A stretch of 32,000 nt of DNA from Mycolicibacterium smegmatis (GTDB taxonomy: Bacteria > Actinomycetota > Actinomycetes > Mycobacteriales > Mycobacteriaceae), in assembly GCF_001457595.1 (NCBI RefSeq), contig NZ_LN831039.1:6090001-6122000 (forward strand), given 5' to 3'. The position numbers and the translations under genes are program-made. Below are positions 1-8,683 of this stretch, in pieces. Each line of letters begins with the position of its first letter. Position 1 is the first letter of the stretch. Below the pieces are notes generated by a model, which did not search any database, was not told where the DNA came from, and was given only the letters and a program-made list of their open reading frames with translations.

Positions 1-1
1 T

Positions 2-109
2 ATCGACTTCGACACCGTGCGAGGCAACTCCTATGTCCGGCTGTCGTTCGCGGGCCCGACGCACGACATCGAGGAGGCGCTGCGGCGCATCGGGCCCTGG
101 CTCGGCTAG
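2..109 (+). CDS. 3' end of an aminotransferase class I/II-like gene (truncated by window start)
   Basis: Open frame from base 2 to TAG at 107-109 reads ...IDFDTVRGNSYVRLSFAGPTHDIEEALRRIGPWLG*, resembling the C-terminus of PLP-dependent class I/II aminotransferases (YVRLSFA...I.EALRRI). Confidence 0.6.
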   Translation: MDFDTVRGNSYVRLSFAGPTHDIEEALRRIGPWLG

Positions 110-117
110 TTACCGGC

Positions 118-1404
118 TTAAAGTCCTGTGGCCGAACGTCTCCGGCGCGAGATCGCGTCCACACCCGCGGCCAGCAGCAGCACGCCACCGGTGACCAGGA
201 AGTTGATGTAGGACGACTGGTTGAGCAGGCCCAGCCCGTTGGCGATGGTCGCGACCACCACGCCACCGATCACCGCGTCGAGGGCGCGGCCCTTACCGCC
301 GAACAGGCTGGTGCCACCGATCACGGCCGCGCCCACCGCGTACAGCAGCGTGTTGCCCGCGCCCGAGGATGCCGACACCTTGCCCGCGTACGACGCCGCG
401 ATGATTCCGCTCAGTGCCGCGAGCGACGAGCACGCGATGAACGCCGTAACCCTGATGCGGTCCACCGAGATACCCGCGCGGCGCGCGGCCTCGGCGTTGC
501 CGCCGACGGCGTAGATGTGCCTGCCGTACGCCGTGCGGCGCAGCAGCACCGTCATTCCGATGAGCAACAGCAGGATCAGCGGCAGCACATAAGGGATGCC
601 GCGGATCTCCACGCGAGGATTCACGCTGCGGTTGACGCTGAGCACGAACGTCACACCGAGAACCACGACGGCCACGGCGATCGCGCGGGCGACCACCACA
701 CCGAGCGGCGAATGCGTCAGCTGCAGGGCCTTCTTGCGTCGGTAGTTGTAGATCTCCAGGCCCGCGAACGCGAGCACCACCACCAGCGCGATCGTCCAGC
801 CCACGGCCACAGGAAGATTCGCGATCGTGAGCCCGCGGATCACCGGGTTGTCGACGCGGACCGAACCGCCCTCACCGATGAGTTTGAGCGTCACGCCCTG
901 CAACCCGAGGAAGAACGCCAGGGTGACGACGAACGACGGGATACCGAGTTTGGCGCGCAGCACGCCGATGATCAGGCCGATCACGGCGCCACAGGCGATG
1001 GCGACCAGCACCGCGGCCCACCACGGCCAGCCCAGGTTCACCACGGCCAGCGCCATCGCACACGCCGCCACACCGCCTGCCACACCGGCGGACAAATCGA
1101 TGTCGCCGAGCAGCAGGACGAACACCAGACCCATCGCGAGCACACAGATGGATCCGGCCTGGGTGATGAGGTTGGCCAGGTTCAGCGCCGACAGGAAGCG
1201 GTCGTTGGCCAGGCCGAACACGACGAACAGCACGACCAGACCAAGGACGGCGGGCAGCGAGCCCATGTCGCCGCCCCGCACGCGCTGGGCGTAGCTGCGG
1301 ACCGCGTCGCCGAACGTCTGATCGGACCTGGTGTCGCCGGCGAAGCCGCCGGCGTCGGGTTGTTCACTGGCAGTTGGTTTCTCAGATGGTGCCTGAATGC
1401 TCAT
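118..1404 (-). CDS. xylH: Sugar (xylose/ribose-type) ABC transporter permease
   Basis: The 610-aa ORF in the track is over-extended. The natural start is MSIQAPSEKP... at 1404 (428 aa). Multi-TM protein with motifs LGDIDLSAG and NPVIRGLTIANLP typical of XylH/RbsC-type permeases; next to the ATPase, binding protein and xylose isomerase genes. Confidence 0.87.
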   Translation of the reverse strand: MSIQAPSEKPTASEQPDAGGFAGDTRSDQTFGDAVRSYAQRVRGGDMGSLPAVLGLVVLFVVFGLANDRFLSALNLANLITQAGSICVLAMGLVFVLLLGDIDLSAGVAGGVAACAMALAVVNLGWPWWAAVLVAIACGAVIGLIIGVLRAKLGIPSFVVTLAFFLGLQGVTLKLIGEGGSVRVDNPVIRGLTIANLPVAVGWTIALVVVLAFAGLEIYNYRRKKALQLTHSPLGVVVARAIAVAVVVLGVTFVLSVNRSVNPRVEIRGIPYVLPLILLLLIGMTVLLRRTAYGRHIYAVGGNAEAARRAGISVDRIRVTAFIACSSLAALSGIIAASYAGKVSASSGAGNTLLYAVGAAVIGGTSLFGGKGRALDAVIGGVVVATIANGLGLLNQSSYINFLVTGGVLLLAAGVDAISRRRRSATGL

Positions 1405-1445
1405 CTCGCGGTCTTTCGAATTCGTATCGGTGTTCACAACCGCTC

Positions 1446-2225
1446 TCACATCGACTCGGCGGCCTCGGCGGGCGCGAGACCGAGATTGCCCGAACGGCCC
1501 GCGGTGATCAGTTCGACCACCTGACCGTGCGTCACGTCGGCCGCGGGTACGTCGGCGGCGACGCGGCCGAGGTACAGCGCGCAGATGCGGTCGGCGACGT
1601 CGAAGACGTCGTTCATGTTGTGCGAGATCAGCACAACGCCGAGGCCCTGGCCGGCGAGGCGGCGGACGAGGTCGATCACCTGACGTGTCTGTGCGACGCC
1701 GAGTGCCGCCGTCGGCTCGTCGAGCAGGACCACCTTGGAGTTCCACAGCACGGACTTGGCGATGGCCACCGTCTGGCGCTGCCCGCCGGACAGGCTCGAC
1801 ACCGGCTGGCGCACGGAGTTCACCGTGCGCACCGACAGCGATTTCAGCGCATCGCGCGCCATGGTCTCCATGCGCGCCTCGTCGAGCATGCCGCGGACTT
1901 TGATCTCCCGTCCGAGGAACATGTTCTCGACGATGTCGAGGTTGTCGCACAACGCGAGGTCCTGATACACCACCTCGATGCCGAGCGCCGAGACGTCGTT
2001 GGGCGTACGCACCGTCACCGGTTTGCCCTCGAACAGGTAGGTGCCCGAATCGATGGGGTGGATGCCCGCGATCGCCTTCACCAGCGTCGACTTACCGGCG
2101 CCGTTATCGCCGACGAGCGCGGTCACCTGCCCCGGATATACCCGGAAGTCCACGTCGTGGAGAACGTGTACGACACCGAAACTCTTGTTGACGCGTTGTA
2201 ATTCGAGAATCGGCTCTGGCGTCAT
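1446..2225 (-). CDS. xylG: Sugar ABC transporter ATP-binding protein, single ABC domain
   Basis: 259 aa; Walker A GDNGAGKSTLVK, signature LSGGQRQ, Walker B VVLLDEPTAAL. Single-domain form (FrcA/XylG-like). Confidence 0.87.
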   Translation of the reverse strand: MTPEPILELQRVNKSFGVVHVLHDVDFRVYPGQVTALVGDNGAGKSTLVKAIAGIHPIDSGTYLFEGKPVTVRTPNDVSALGIEVVYQDLALCDNLDIVENMFLGREIKVRGMLDEARMETMARDALKSLSVRTVNSVRQPVSSLSGGQRQTVAIAKSVLWNSKVVLLDEPTAALGVAQTRQVIDLVRRLAGQGLGVVLISHNMNDVFDVADRICALYLGRVAADVPAADVTHGQVVELITAGRSGNLGLAPAEAAESM

Positions 2226-2228
2226 CGC

Positions 2229-3308
2229 TCAGACTCCTGCCGCGGAGCACATCGCCGCGAACTGTCCCGAGCACACCTCGTCCTTGGACTGTCCGCCGTC
2301 GTCGAACACGACGTTGATGTTGTCCTTGGTGATCGACTTGGGCGTCAGCAGCACCGACGGGACATCACGGCCGCCGGTGTCGTCGCGGCTGGTGCTGGTG
2401 GTCTTGGGGTCCTCGCCGTTGACGAGTGCGATCGCGGCATCGGCGAGCGCGTTGGCCTCCTCGGTGGCCGACTTGTAGACGGTCATGCACTGCGTTCCGG
2501 CGAGGATGTTCTGCAGCCCTTCGACGGTCGCGTCCTGGCCCGTGACGGGGACCTGACCGGCGCGCTTGTTCTTCTCGAGGATCGAGATGACCGAGCCGGC
2601 GAGACCGTCGTTGGCCGCGTACACGCCGTCGACGCGGCCGTCGGCGGCGGTGTAGAGCTGTTCGAAGATGCTCACGGCCTGGTCGTTGTCCCAATCAGGT
2701 ACCGCCTGCTCGCCGACGATCGTGATGTTCGGCGCCTTGTCGACCACCGAGTGTGCGCCGCCGCTGAACAACGTCGCGTTGTTGTCGGTGGGCGAGCCGT
2801 TGAGGAACACCACGTTGGCCGGCCGGTCGCCGAGGCAGTCGACGAGTCCCTGCCCTTGCAGCTCACCGACTTTCGTGTTGTCGAACGACACGTAGACATC
2901 GGCCGAGCCGCCGAGCGTGAGCCGGTCGTAGTCGATGGTCTTCACGCCCTGGGTCGCGGCCTTCTCCTGGATGGAGGCGCCGCTGTCGGAGTCGAGGTTG
3001 ACGATCGCGAGCACCGTGACCCCGTCGGCGATCATGCCGTCGGCGATGGTGGCCATGGTGTCGGCGGAGCCTTCGGCGTTCTGGATCGTGTAGTCCACGC
3101 CGGCTTTCTTGAACGCGGCCTCGAGGGCGGGCCGGTCCTTGGTCTCCCAGCGGACCGACGATTTGGTGTCCGGCAGGATGACGCCGATCTTGCCGCCCGA
3201 ACCGCCTTCCGCGGATCCGGCGTTCGAACCCGAATCCGATCCACATGCGGTCAACGTCAGGCCGAGGCCGACGACTGCGGTGACGAGCAGGGTGCTGGTG
3301 CGCTTCAC
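2229..3308 (-). CDS. xylF: Sugar-binding lipoprotein of the ABC transporter (D-xylose-binding-like)
   Basis: 359 aa, GTG start with ggaggag SD; signal/lipobox LTLTACGSDSGS; periplasmic-binding fold features IGVILPDTKSSVRWETKDRPALEAAFKKAGV and GVYAANDGLAG. Confidence 0.87.
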   Translation of the reverse strand: MKRTSTLLVTAVVGLGLTLTACGSDSGSNAGSAEGGSGGKIGVILPDTKSSVRWETKDRPALEAAFKKAGVDYTIQNAEGSADTMATIADGMIADGVTVLAIVNLDSDSGASIQEKAATQGVKTIDYDRLTLGGSADVYVSFDNTKVGELQGQGLVDCLGDRPANVVFLNGSPTDNNATLFSGGAHSVVDKAPNITIVGEQAVPDWDNDQAVSIFEQLYTAADGRVDGVYAANDGLAGSVISILEKNKRAGQVPVTGQDATVEGLQNILAGTQCMTVYKSATEEANALADAAIALVNGEDPKTTSTSRDDTGGRDVPSVLLTPKSITKDNINVVFDDGGQSKDEVCSGQFAAMCSAAGV

Positions 3309-3360
3309 GTGAAACTCCTCCGGCTGGTCTGGTTGCCTTCGCTTCTCGGGTGTCCGCCGA

Positions 3361-4584
3361 TCATCGCGCGCCCATCAGGTGTTCGATGGCCAACTGCTGC
3401 AATGCGACGAAACCGCAACCCTTGCCGCCGAAATAGGCCTCACTGTCGAACTCCTCGAAGGCCGAGCGGTCGGCCAACAGGTCGTGGTACGTCTCGCCCG
3501 GCGCGAGCGTCGGCTGCCGCAATTCGGCCACCTTGGCCGCCGCCATCGCCTCACGCACCGCGGGATCGGCGCGGAACGCCTCGGCGCGCTGCTTGAGCAG
3601 CAGGTACATCCGCATGTTCGCGGCCGCCGAGGCCCACACACCGTCGATGTCCTCGGTGCGGCTGGGCTTGTAGTCGAAGTGCCGAGGACCCTCGTACGCC
3701 GGGGTGCCGTCGGGACCACCGTGTTCGAGCAGATCCACGAGCGCGAAGGCATTGGCCAGGTCGCCGTGCCCGAACACGAGGTCCTGGTCGAACTTGATGC
3801 CCCGCTGACCGTTGAGGTCGATGTGGAAGAGCTTGCCGCTGTACAGGGCCTGTGCGATGCCGTGCATGAAGTTCAGGCCGGACATCTGCTCGTGGCCGGT
3901 CTCGGGGTTCACCCCGACCATCTCCGGGCGGGCCAGGGTGTCGATGAATGCCAGCGCGTGCCCCACCGTGGGCAGCAGGATGTCGCCGCGCGGCTCGTTG
4001 GGCTTGGGTTCGATCGCGAAGCGCAACCCGCTGCCCTGGTCGATCACGTACTGGCACAACAGATCCATCGCTTCGCGGTAGCGCGCCAGCGCGGCCTGCA
4101 CGTCCTTGGCCGAGTCGTATTCGCTGCCCTCACGGCCGCCCCACAACACGAAGGTCTCGGCGCCGAGTTCGATGGCCAAATCGATGTTGCGCAGCACCTT
4201 GCGCAGCGCGAAACGCCGCACCGTGCGGTCGTTGCTGGTGAAACCGCCGTCCTTGAAGACGGGCTGGGTGAACAGGTTGGTCGTCACCATCGGGACCACC
4301 ATGCCGTTGGCCGACAACGCCGACGTCAACCGGTCGACCATCCGCCGCCGCTCGGTGTCGGAACTGCCGAACGCGAACAGGTCGTCATCGTGGAACGTCA
4401 GCCCGTACGCGCCGAGTTCGGCCAGTTTCTCGACGGCCTCCACGACGTCGAGCGCCGGGCGGGTGGCGACGCCGAACGGATCGTTTCCGTTCCAGCCGAT
4501 GGTCCAGAGGCCGAACGAGAAACGGTCCTCTCGCTTCGGGGTGAGCGGTTCGGTTGTGGAGACGTTCGACTCCAACACGGTCAT
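3361..4584 (-). CDS. xylA: Xylose isomerase
   Basis: The track ORF of 644 aa is over-extended. Natural start is [31 protein letters not shown] (407 aa) after a gaggag SD. Active-site motifs [36 protein letters not shown]. Confidence 0.93.
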   Translation of the reverse strand: MTVLESNVSTTEPLTPKREDRFSFGLWTIGWNGNDPFGVATRPALDVVEAVEKLAELGAYGLTFHDDDLFAFGSSDTERRRMVDRLTSALSANGMVVPMVTTNLFTQPVFKDGGFTSNDRTVRRFALRKVLRNIDLAIELGAETFVLWGGREGSEYDSAKDVQAALARYREAMDLLCQYVIDQGSGLRFAIEPKPNEPRGDILLPTVGHALAFIDTLARPEMVGVNPETGHEQMSGLNFMHGIAQALYSGKLFHIDLNGQRGIKFDQDLVFGHGDLANAFALVDLLEHGGPDGTPAYEGPRHFDYKPSRTEDIDGVWASAAANMRMYLLLKQRAEAFRADPAVREAMAAAKVAELRQPTLAPGETYHDLLADRSAFEEFDSEAYFGGKGCGFVALQQLAIEHLMGAR

Positions 4585-4623
4585 GCGGATGCTCCTCATC
4601 GGGCGGAATTGAGGGTTGTATTT

Positions 4624-4640
4624 TGTTCTCTCGACGAACA
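4624..4640. promoter_or_regulatory. Candidate operator for the divergent ROK regulator / xyl operon
   Basis: Perfect inverted repeat TGTTC-TCTCGAC-GAACA between xylA (start 4584) and the ROK gene (start 4691). Confidence 0.45.
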
Positions 4641-4690
4641 TAAGATGTGGTTCAAGACACGTCAAGGGTTGGATGTGAGGAGTCGTCGCG

Positions 4691-5872
4691 TTGGCAAACG
4701 GAACCCAGCAGAACCGGGCCGCTCGGGTCGGGACCAGCAACGATGATGTTCGACGGCGCAATCTGTCGAGCGTGCTCACGTTGGTGCACCGTCGTCGTTC
4801 GCTGAGCCGCGCGGACCTCACGCGCCATACCGGGTTGTCGCGGTCGACGACCAAGGACCTCGTCGAGGAACTCGTCGCGCTGGGCCTGGTCGACGAGTCC
4901 CCCGCGCCGTCGGTGTCGCAGGTGGGACGCCCCAGCCCCATCGTGCGGCCCAGCGACCGGGTGCTCGCGGTCGCCGTGACCCCCGAGGTCGACGCCGTCA
5001 CGGTCGGCCTGGTGTCACTGGGCGGTGCGGTCCTCGACGTCGTCCGCCACCCCACCGCGGGCATCCCCACGCCTTCCGACACGGTCGCGATTGCTGCCGA
5101 GGCGATCGGCGACATCCGCCGCAACCTGCGCGACGAGCAGGCGCTGACCGCGGTCGGCATGGCGGTGCCCGGTCTGGTGCACGGCCGCGCGTCGTTCGTG
5201 CAACTGGCACCCAACCTGGATTGGCACGACGTCGAGATCGGCGAGATGCTAAGCGCAGCAACAGGTTTACCTGTGTACGCCGGCAACGACGCCAACGTCG
5301 GAGCGATCGCCGAGCACCTCTTCGGCAGTCATCACGACGTCGAGGACCTCATCTACGTCAACGGCGGACCCAGTGGTATCGGCGCGGGGTTTGTCGTCGC
5401 GGGCGACCTGCTGCAGGGCGTTGCCGGCTATGCCGGCGAACTCGGGCACACGTTCGTCGGCGGGCAGCGCCTGTGCCACTGCGGCAGCACGGGATGCCTG
5501 GAGACCGAGGTGACCCAGGCGCCGCTCGCGGCCTTGCTGGACGATCTCGACGGTGCCGCGGGCGATGCCACCTCGGACTGCGCGGGACGCGACGAACTGC
5601 ACCGGCAGGCACGCGCGCTGGCGATCGCGCTCGGTACCGCGATCAACATGCTGAACCCGCGCCTGGTGGTGCTCGGCGGGTTCCTTCGGGTGTTCCCCGC
5701 GTTCGCGGCCGCGGTGCTGCGCGAGGAACTCGCGCGGCGGACCATGGCCGCGCCGTGCAGCCTGGTGCGGATCGTGCCCGCGACACTGGGACCCGACACG
5801 CTCATGATCGGTGCGGCCGAACTGGCGTTTGCACCCGTTCTCGCAGATCCGGGCGGTGTCGAGGCCGGTTGA
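4691..5872 (+). CDS. ROK family transcriptional regulator (xylose repressor-like)
   Basis: 393 aa, TTG start after gaggag SD; N-terminal [33 protein letters not shown], then ROK domain with [22 protein letters not shown] zinc motif. Confidence 0.88.
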   Translation: MANGTQQNRAARVGTSNDDVRRRNLSSVLTLVHRRRSLSRADLTRHTGLSRSTTKDLVEELVALGLVDESPAPSVSQVGRPSPIVRPSDRVLAVAVTPEVDAVTVGLVSLGGAVLDVVRHPTAGIPTPSDTVAIAAEAIGDIRRNLRDEQALTAVGMAVPGLVHGRASFVQLAPNLDWHDVEIGEMLSAATGLPVYAGNDANVGAIAEHLFGSHHDVEDLIYVNGGPSGIGAGFVVAGDLLQGVAGYAGELGHTFVGGQRLCHCGSTGCLETEVTQAPLAALLDDLDGAAGDATSDCAGRDELHRQARALAIALGTAINMLNPRLVVLGGFLRVFPAFAAAVLREELARRTMAAPCSLVRIVPATLGPDTLMIGAAELAFAPVLADPGGVEAG

Positions 5873-5883
5873 ACGGACTTGAT

Positions 5884-7263
5884 GCTCCTATTCGTGTTAC
5901 GGGTCAAGCGGCGCTGAGGTACTCGCGGTAGTTGGCGGCGAGGGTGTCGTCGCGTTTGAGTCCGCGTTCGAGGCGGGAGATGTCGTTGGGCCAGACGTCG
6001 AGGTGGTTGGCGACGGTGGTCAAGGTGATGTTCTTCGCTTGCCGGGCGGGTCGAAGGTCGCTGTAGTCGTCGATGGCGCAGGGTTGGCTGAGCAGGCGGA
6101 AGACTTCACGGGCAACGGCGCGTTTGAGCAGTCGGATGATCTCGATCTTGCTGCGACCGTTGGCCGTTTGACGGGCTACGTAGTCACGGGTGCGGGGATC
6201 GTTGGACATTCGAACCAACGCGATTCGGTAGAGCGCGTTGTTTGCTGTGCGGTCGCCACCGCGGGAGAGTCGGTGGCGGGTGGTCTTACCCGAAGAGGCG
6301 GGCACAGGCGCTGCGCCGCATAGGGCGGCGAAGGCGGCTTCGCTGCGCAGTCGGTGCGGGTTCATGCCGGCGGTGATCAGCAATGCGGCGGCGGTGTCGG
6401 GTCCGACACCGTGCGCGGCGCGCAGTCCGGGGTTCATCTGCTGGGTCAGGGTGTGGATCTGCTCGGTAAGTTCGTGTTCTTGGTGATGGAGGAACTGCGC
6501 ACGGTAGGCGAGGGCCTTCAACGCGGTGAGCACGGCGACGGCGGTGGGGTCGGTGTGAGCGGTGGGACGACAGCGAGCCAGTTCTTTGACCAGGCCTCTG
6601 GTGGTGTAGCGGCGGTAGCATTCCCGCAGTTCAGATGGTGCAGTTACCAACAGCGATTGAATCTGATTGGTGGCAGCGGTGTGGGCCTTAACAGCGCCTC
6701 GGCGGGCGGTCAGCAGCGCACTGAGGGCTAGGGTGCGTTCGTCTTTAGGGGCAGCCAGTCCGTGCCCGGACAACGCCGTGCGGGCTGCGGCGTAGGCATC
6801 CAGTGGGTCGGACTTGCCGCGGCGTCGGCGCGCAGCGCGGTCGGGCCGGTTGACCTCGACGACGTCGATGCCGCCGTCTTGCAGCGCCCGGGTCAGGCCG
6901 GCCCCATAGGAATTGGTGCCTTCCACCCCAGCAAGGGTGACCGTGCCGAAGCTCTGCGCCCATTTGACCGCAACGTAGTAACCCGATGGGCGGGTGGGAA
7001 ACTCAGCATCGCCGAGAGGTTTGCCCGTCTCAGACAAAGCGGCAAGGTGGATGGTGTCGAGGTGAGTATCGGCGCCGATGACGACGATCTGTGACGGTGT
7101 CACGATGGTGGTGCCCTTCTGCCGGTGTTCACCGGCGGTTGCGGTGTGACACCCGGTAGGGCGGGCAGACAAGACATTGAAGAGGGAACTGCCAGGCTCC
7201 TGATTAGGTCATGTCCGCTCTACCGGGGCTTATGGAGCAACCCACCCGCCACTGGTGGGACAG
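5884..7263 (-). mobile_element. IS110-family insertion sequence (boundaries approximate)
   Basis: Contains the DEDD transposase and an upstream non-coding region. No classical long TIR. Short repeats (GCTCCT at 5884 and 7196; GACTTGAT at 5876 / ATCAAGTC at 7264) are only weak edge clues. Confidence 0.45.
5904..7103 (-). CDS. IS110/IS1111/IS116-family transposase (DEDD type)
   Basis: VTPSQIVVIGADTHLDTIHLAAL..., KSDPLDAYAAARTAL, GVGPDTAAALLITAGMNPHRLRSEAAFAALCGAAPVPASSGKTTRHRLSRGGDRTANNALYRIALVRM: DEDD_Tnp_IS110 N-domain plus Transposase_20 C-domain. GTG start assigned at 7103 (ORF open to 7172). Confidence 0.9.
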   Translation of the reverse strand: MTPSQIVVIGADTHLDTIHLAALSETGKPLGDAEFPTRPSGYYVAVKWAQSFGTVTLAGVEGTNSYGAGLTRALQDGGIDVVEVNRPDRAARRRRGKSDPLDAYAAARTALSGHGLAAPKDERTLALSALLTARRGAVKAHTAATNQIQSLLVTAPSELRECYRRYTTRGLVKELARCRPTAHTDPTAVAVLTALKALAYRAQFLHHQEHELTEQIHTLTQQMNPGLRAAHGVGPDTAAALLITAGMNPHRLRSEAAFAALCGAAPVPASSGKTTRHRLSRGGDRTANNALYRIALVRMSNDPRTRDYVARQTANGRSKIEIIRLLKRAVAREVFRLLSQPCAIDDYSDLRPARQAKNITLTTVANHLDVWPNDISRLERGLKRDDTLAANYREYLSAA

Positions 7264-7366
7264 ATCAAGTCAAGGACAACCCAGTAGGGCGTCAGTCAGT
7301 GCGAGGGTCACCACCAGCAGCGGACGGGCTGCCTCATTGTCAACCGCGATCGGCTGAACAACATCA

Positions 7367-8683
7367 ATGTCGGTGGGCAGGAGTAGCGTTCGAAGCGTGA
7401 TCGAGAATGTGTTCGATATCGATCCGCAGGCCTCGGAGGCCGAACTGCGTGATCGCATCGAGCAATTCGAACGTATGAAATCTGCCGCGGCCGCCGCCCA
7501 GGCCACCGCCTCGGTGCTGTGGGAACAGAAACGCCGCGCCGCGGAGGCTGCGGCGGGCATCTCGGCGTCCAGACGCGGCAGAGGCCTGGCCACCGAGGTG
7601 GCGTTGGCACGGCGTGAATCCCCCAACGCCGGCGGACGCCACCTCGGTTTGGCCCACGCCCTCGTCGACGAACTGCCCCACACCCTGGCCGCACTGCGGT
7701 GCGGCGCGCTCTCGGAATGGCGTGCGACGTTGATCGCCCGCGAATCCGCGTGCCTGTCACCAGAGTTGCGGCGCGAGTTGGATGCCGAACTGTCGGCCGA
7801 CCCATCCCGGTTCGACGGCTGGGGCGATGCCCGCGTGGCCGCCGAAGCCAAGAAGATCACCTGCCGCCTCAACATCGACGCTGTGCTCGACCGCTCGGCC
7901 AAGGCCGAGAAGGACCGCCGTGTCACCATCCGCCCCGCCCCGGACGCCATGACGAAACTGACCGTGCTGCTACCCCTCAAACAGGGCGTCGCGGTCTATG
8001 CCGCGCTGCACCAGGCCGCCATGGTCAACGCCGATGACCGCAACCGCAGCCAGGTCATGGCCGACACCCTCGTCGAACGCGTCACCGGTCGTCCCGCGCA
8101 CGCGCCTGTGCCGGTCAACCTCAATCTCGTCATGGCCGACACCACGCTGTTCGGCGAGGACGACCAACCGGGCTGGGTGCAGGGGTACGGCCCCGTGCCT
8201 GCGGAGGTCGCACGGTGCATGGTCGCCGACGCCACGCTCGACGAGAACACCAAAGCCGCTGTGCGCAGGCTCTTCCGGCATCCGAAGTCCGGACAACTGG
8301 TCGCGATGGAGTCCCGCTCCCGGATCTTCCCGAAGGGGCTGGCCACGTTCATCGGGTTACGGGATCAGACCTGCCGTACGCCGTATTGCGACGCCCCCAT
8401 CCGCCACCGCGACCACGCTGTCCCGCACCACGACGGCGGACCCACCACCGCGCACAACGGGCTGGGCACCTGCGAAGCCTGCAACTACGCCAAGGAAGCC
8501 CCTGGGTGGAGCGTCATCATCACCGAGACCTCCGACGGGGAGCACATCGCCGAGTACGTCACCCCCACCGGGGCGGTCTACCGCTCGACCGCGCCCCCGC
8601 TACCGGGCAGACCGGTGCGGCACACGCTCAGCCTGGTCGAGACCGGTCTGACCATCGACCTGGTCACTTTCGACGCTGCGTGA
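7367..8683 (+). CDS. DUF222 domain / HNH endonuclease signature protein (13E12 repeat family-like)
   Basis: 438 aa; alpha-helical N-terminal DUF222-like region (LASAHALVDELPHTLAALRCGALSEWRATLIARESACLSPELR-type) and C-terminal HNH core FIGLRDQTCRTPYCDAPIRHRDHAVPHHDGGPTTAHNGLGTCEACNYAK. Start codon uncertain. Confidence 0.82.
   Translation: MSVGRSSVRSVIENVFDIDPQASEAELRDRIEQFERMKSAAAAAQATASVLWEQKRRAAEAAAGISASRRGRGLATEVALARRESPNAGGRHLGLAHALVDELPHTLAALRCGALSEWRATLIARESACLSPELRRELDAELSADPSRFDGWGDARVAAEAKKITCRLNIDAVLDRSAKAEKDRRVTIRPAPDAMTKLTVLLPLKQGVAVYAALHQAAMVNADDRNRSQVMADTLVERVTGRPAHAPVPVNLNLVMADTTLFGEDDQPGWVQGYGPVPAEVARCMVADATLDENTKAAVRRLFRHPKSGQLVAMESRSRIFPKGLATFIGLRDQTCRTPYCDAPIRHRDHAVPHHDGGPTTAHNGLGTCEACNYAKEAPGWSVIITETSDGEHIAEYVTPTGAVYRSTAPPLPGRPVRHTLSLVETGLTIDLVTFDAA

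Noticed and set aside
118-1950. 610-aa version of the permease in the ORF track
   Set aside because: N-terminal ~180 aa overlap the ATPase gene out of frame and are Arg/Pro-rich; the true start is at 1404.
3361-5295. 644-aa version of xylose isomerase overlapping the ROK gene
   Set aside because: Extension is antisense to the ROK gene; homologous sequence starts at 4584 with a good SD.
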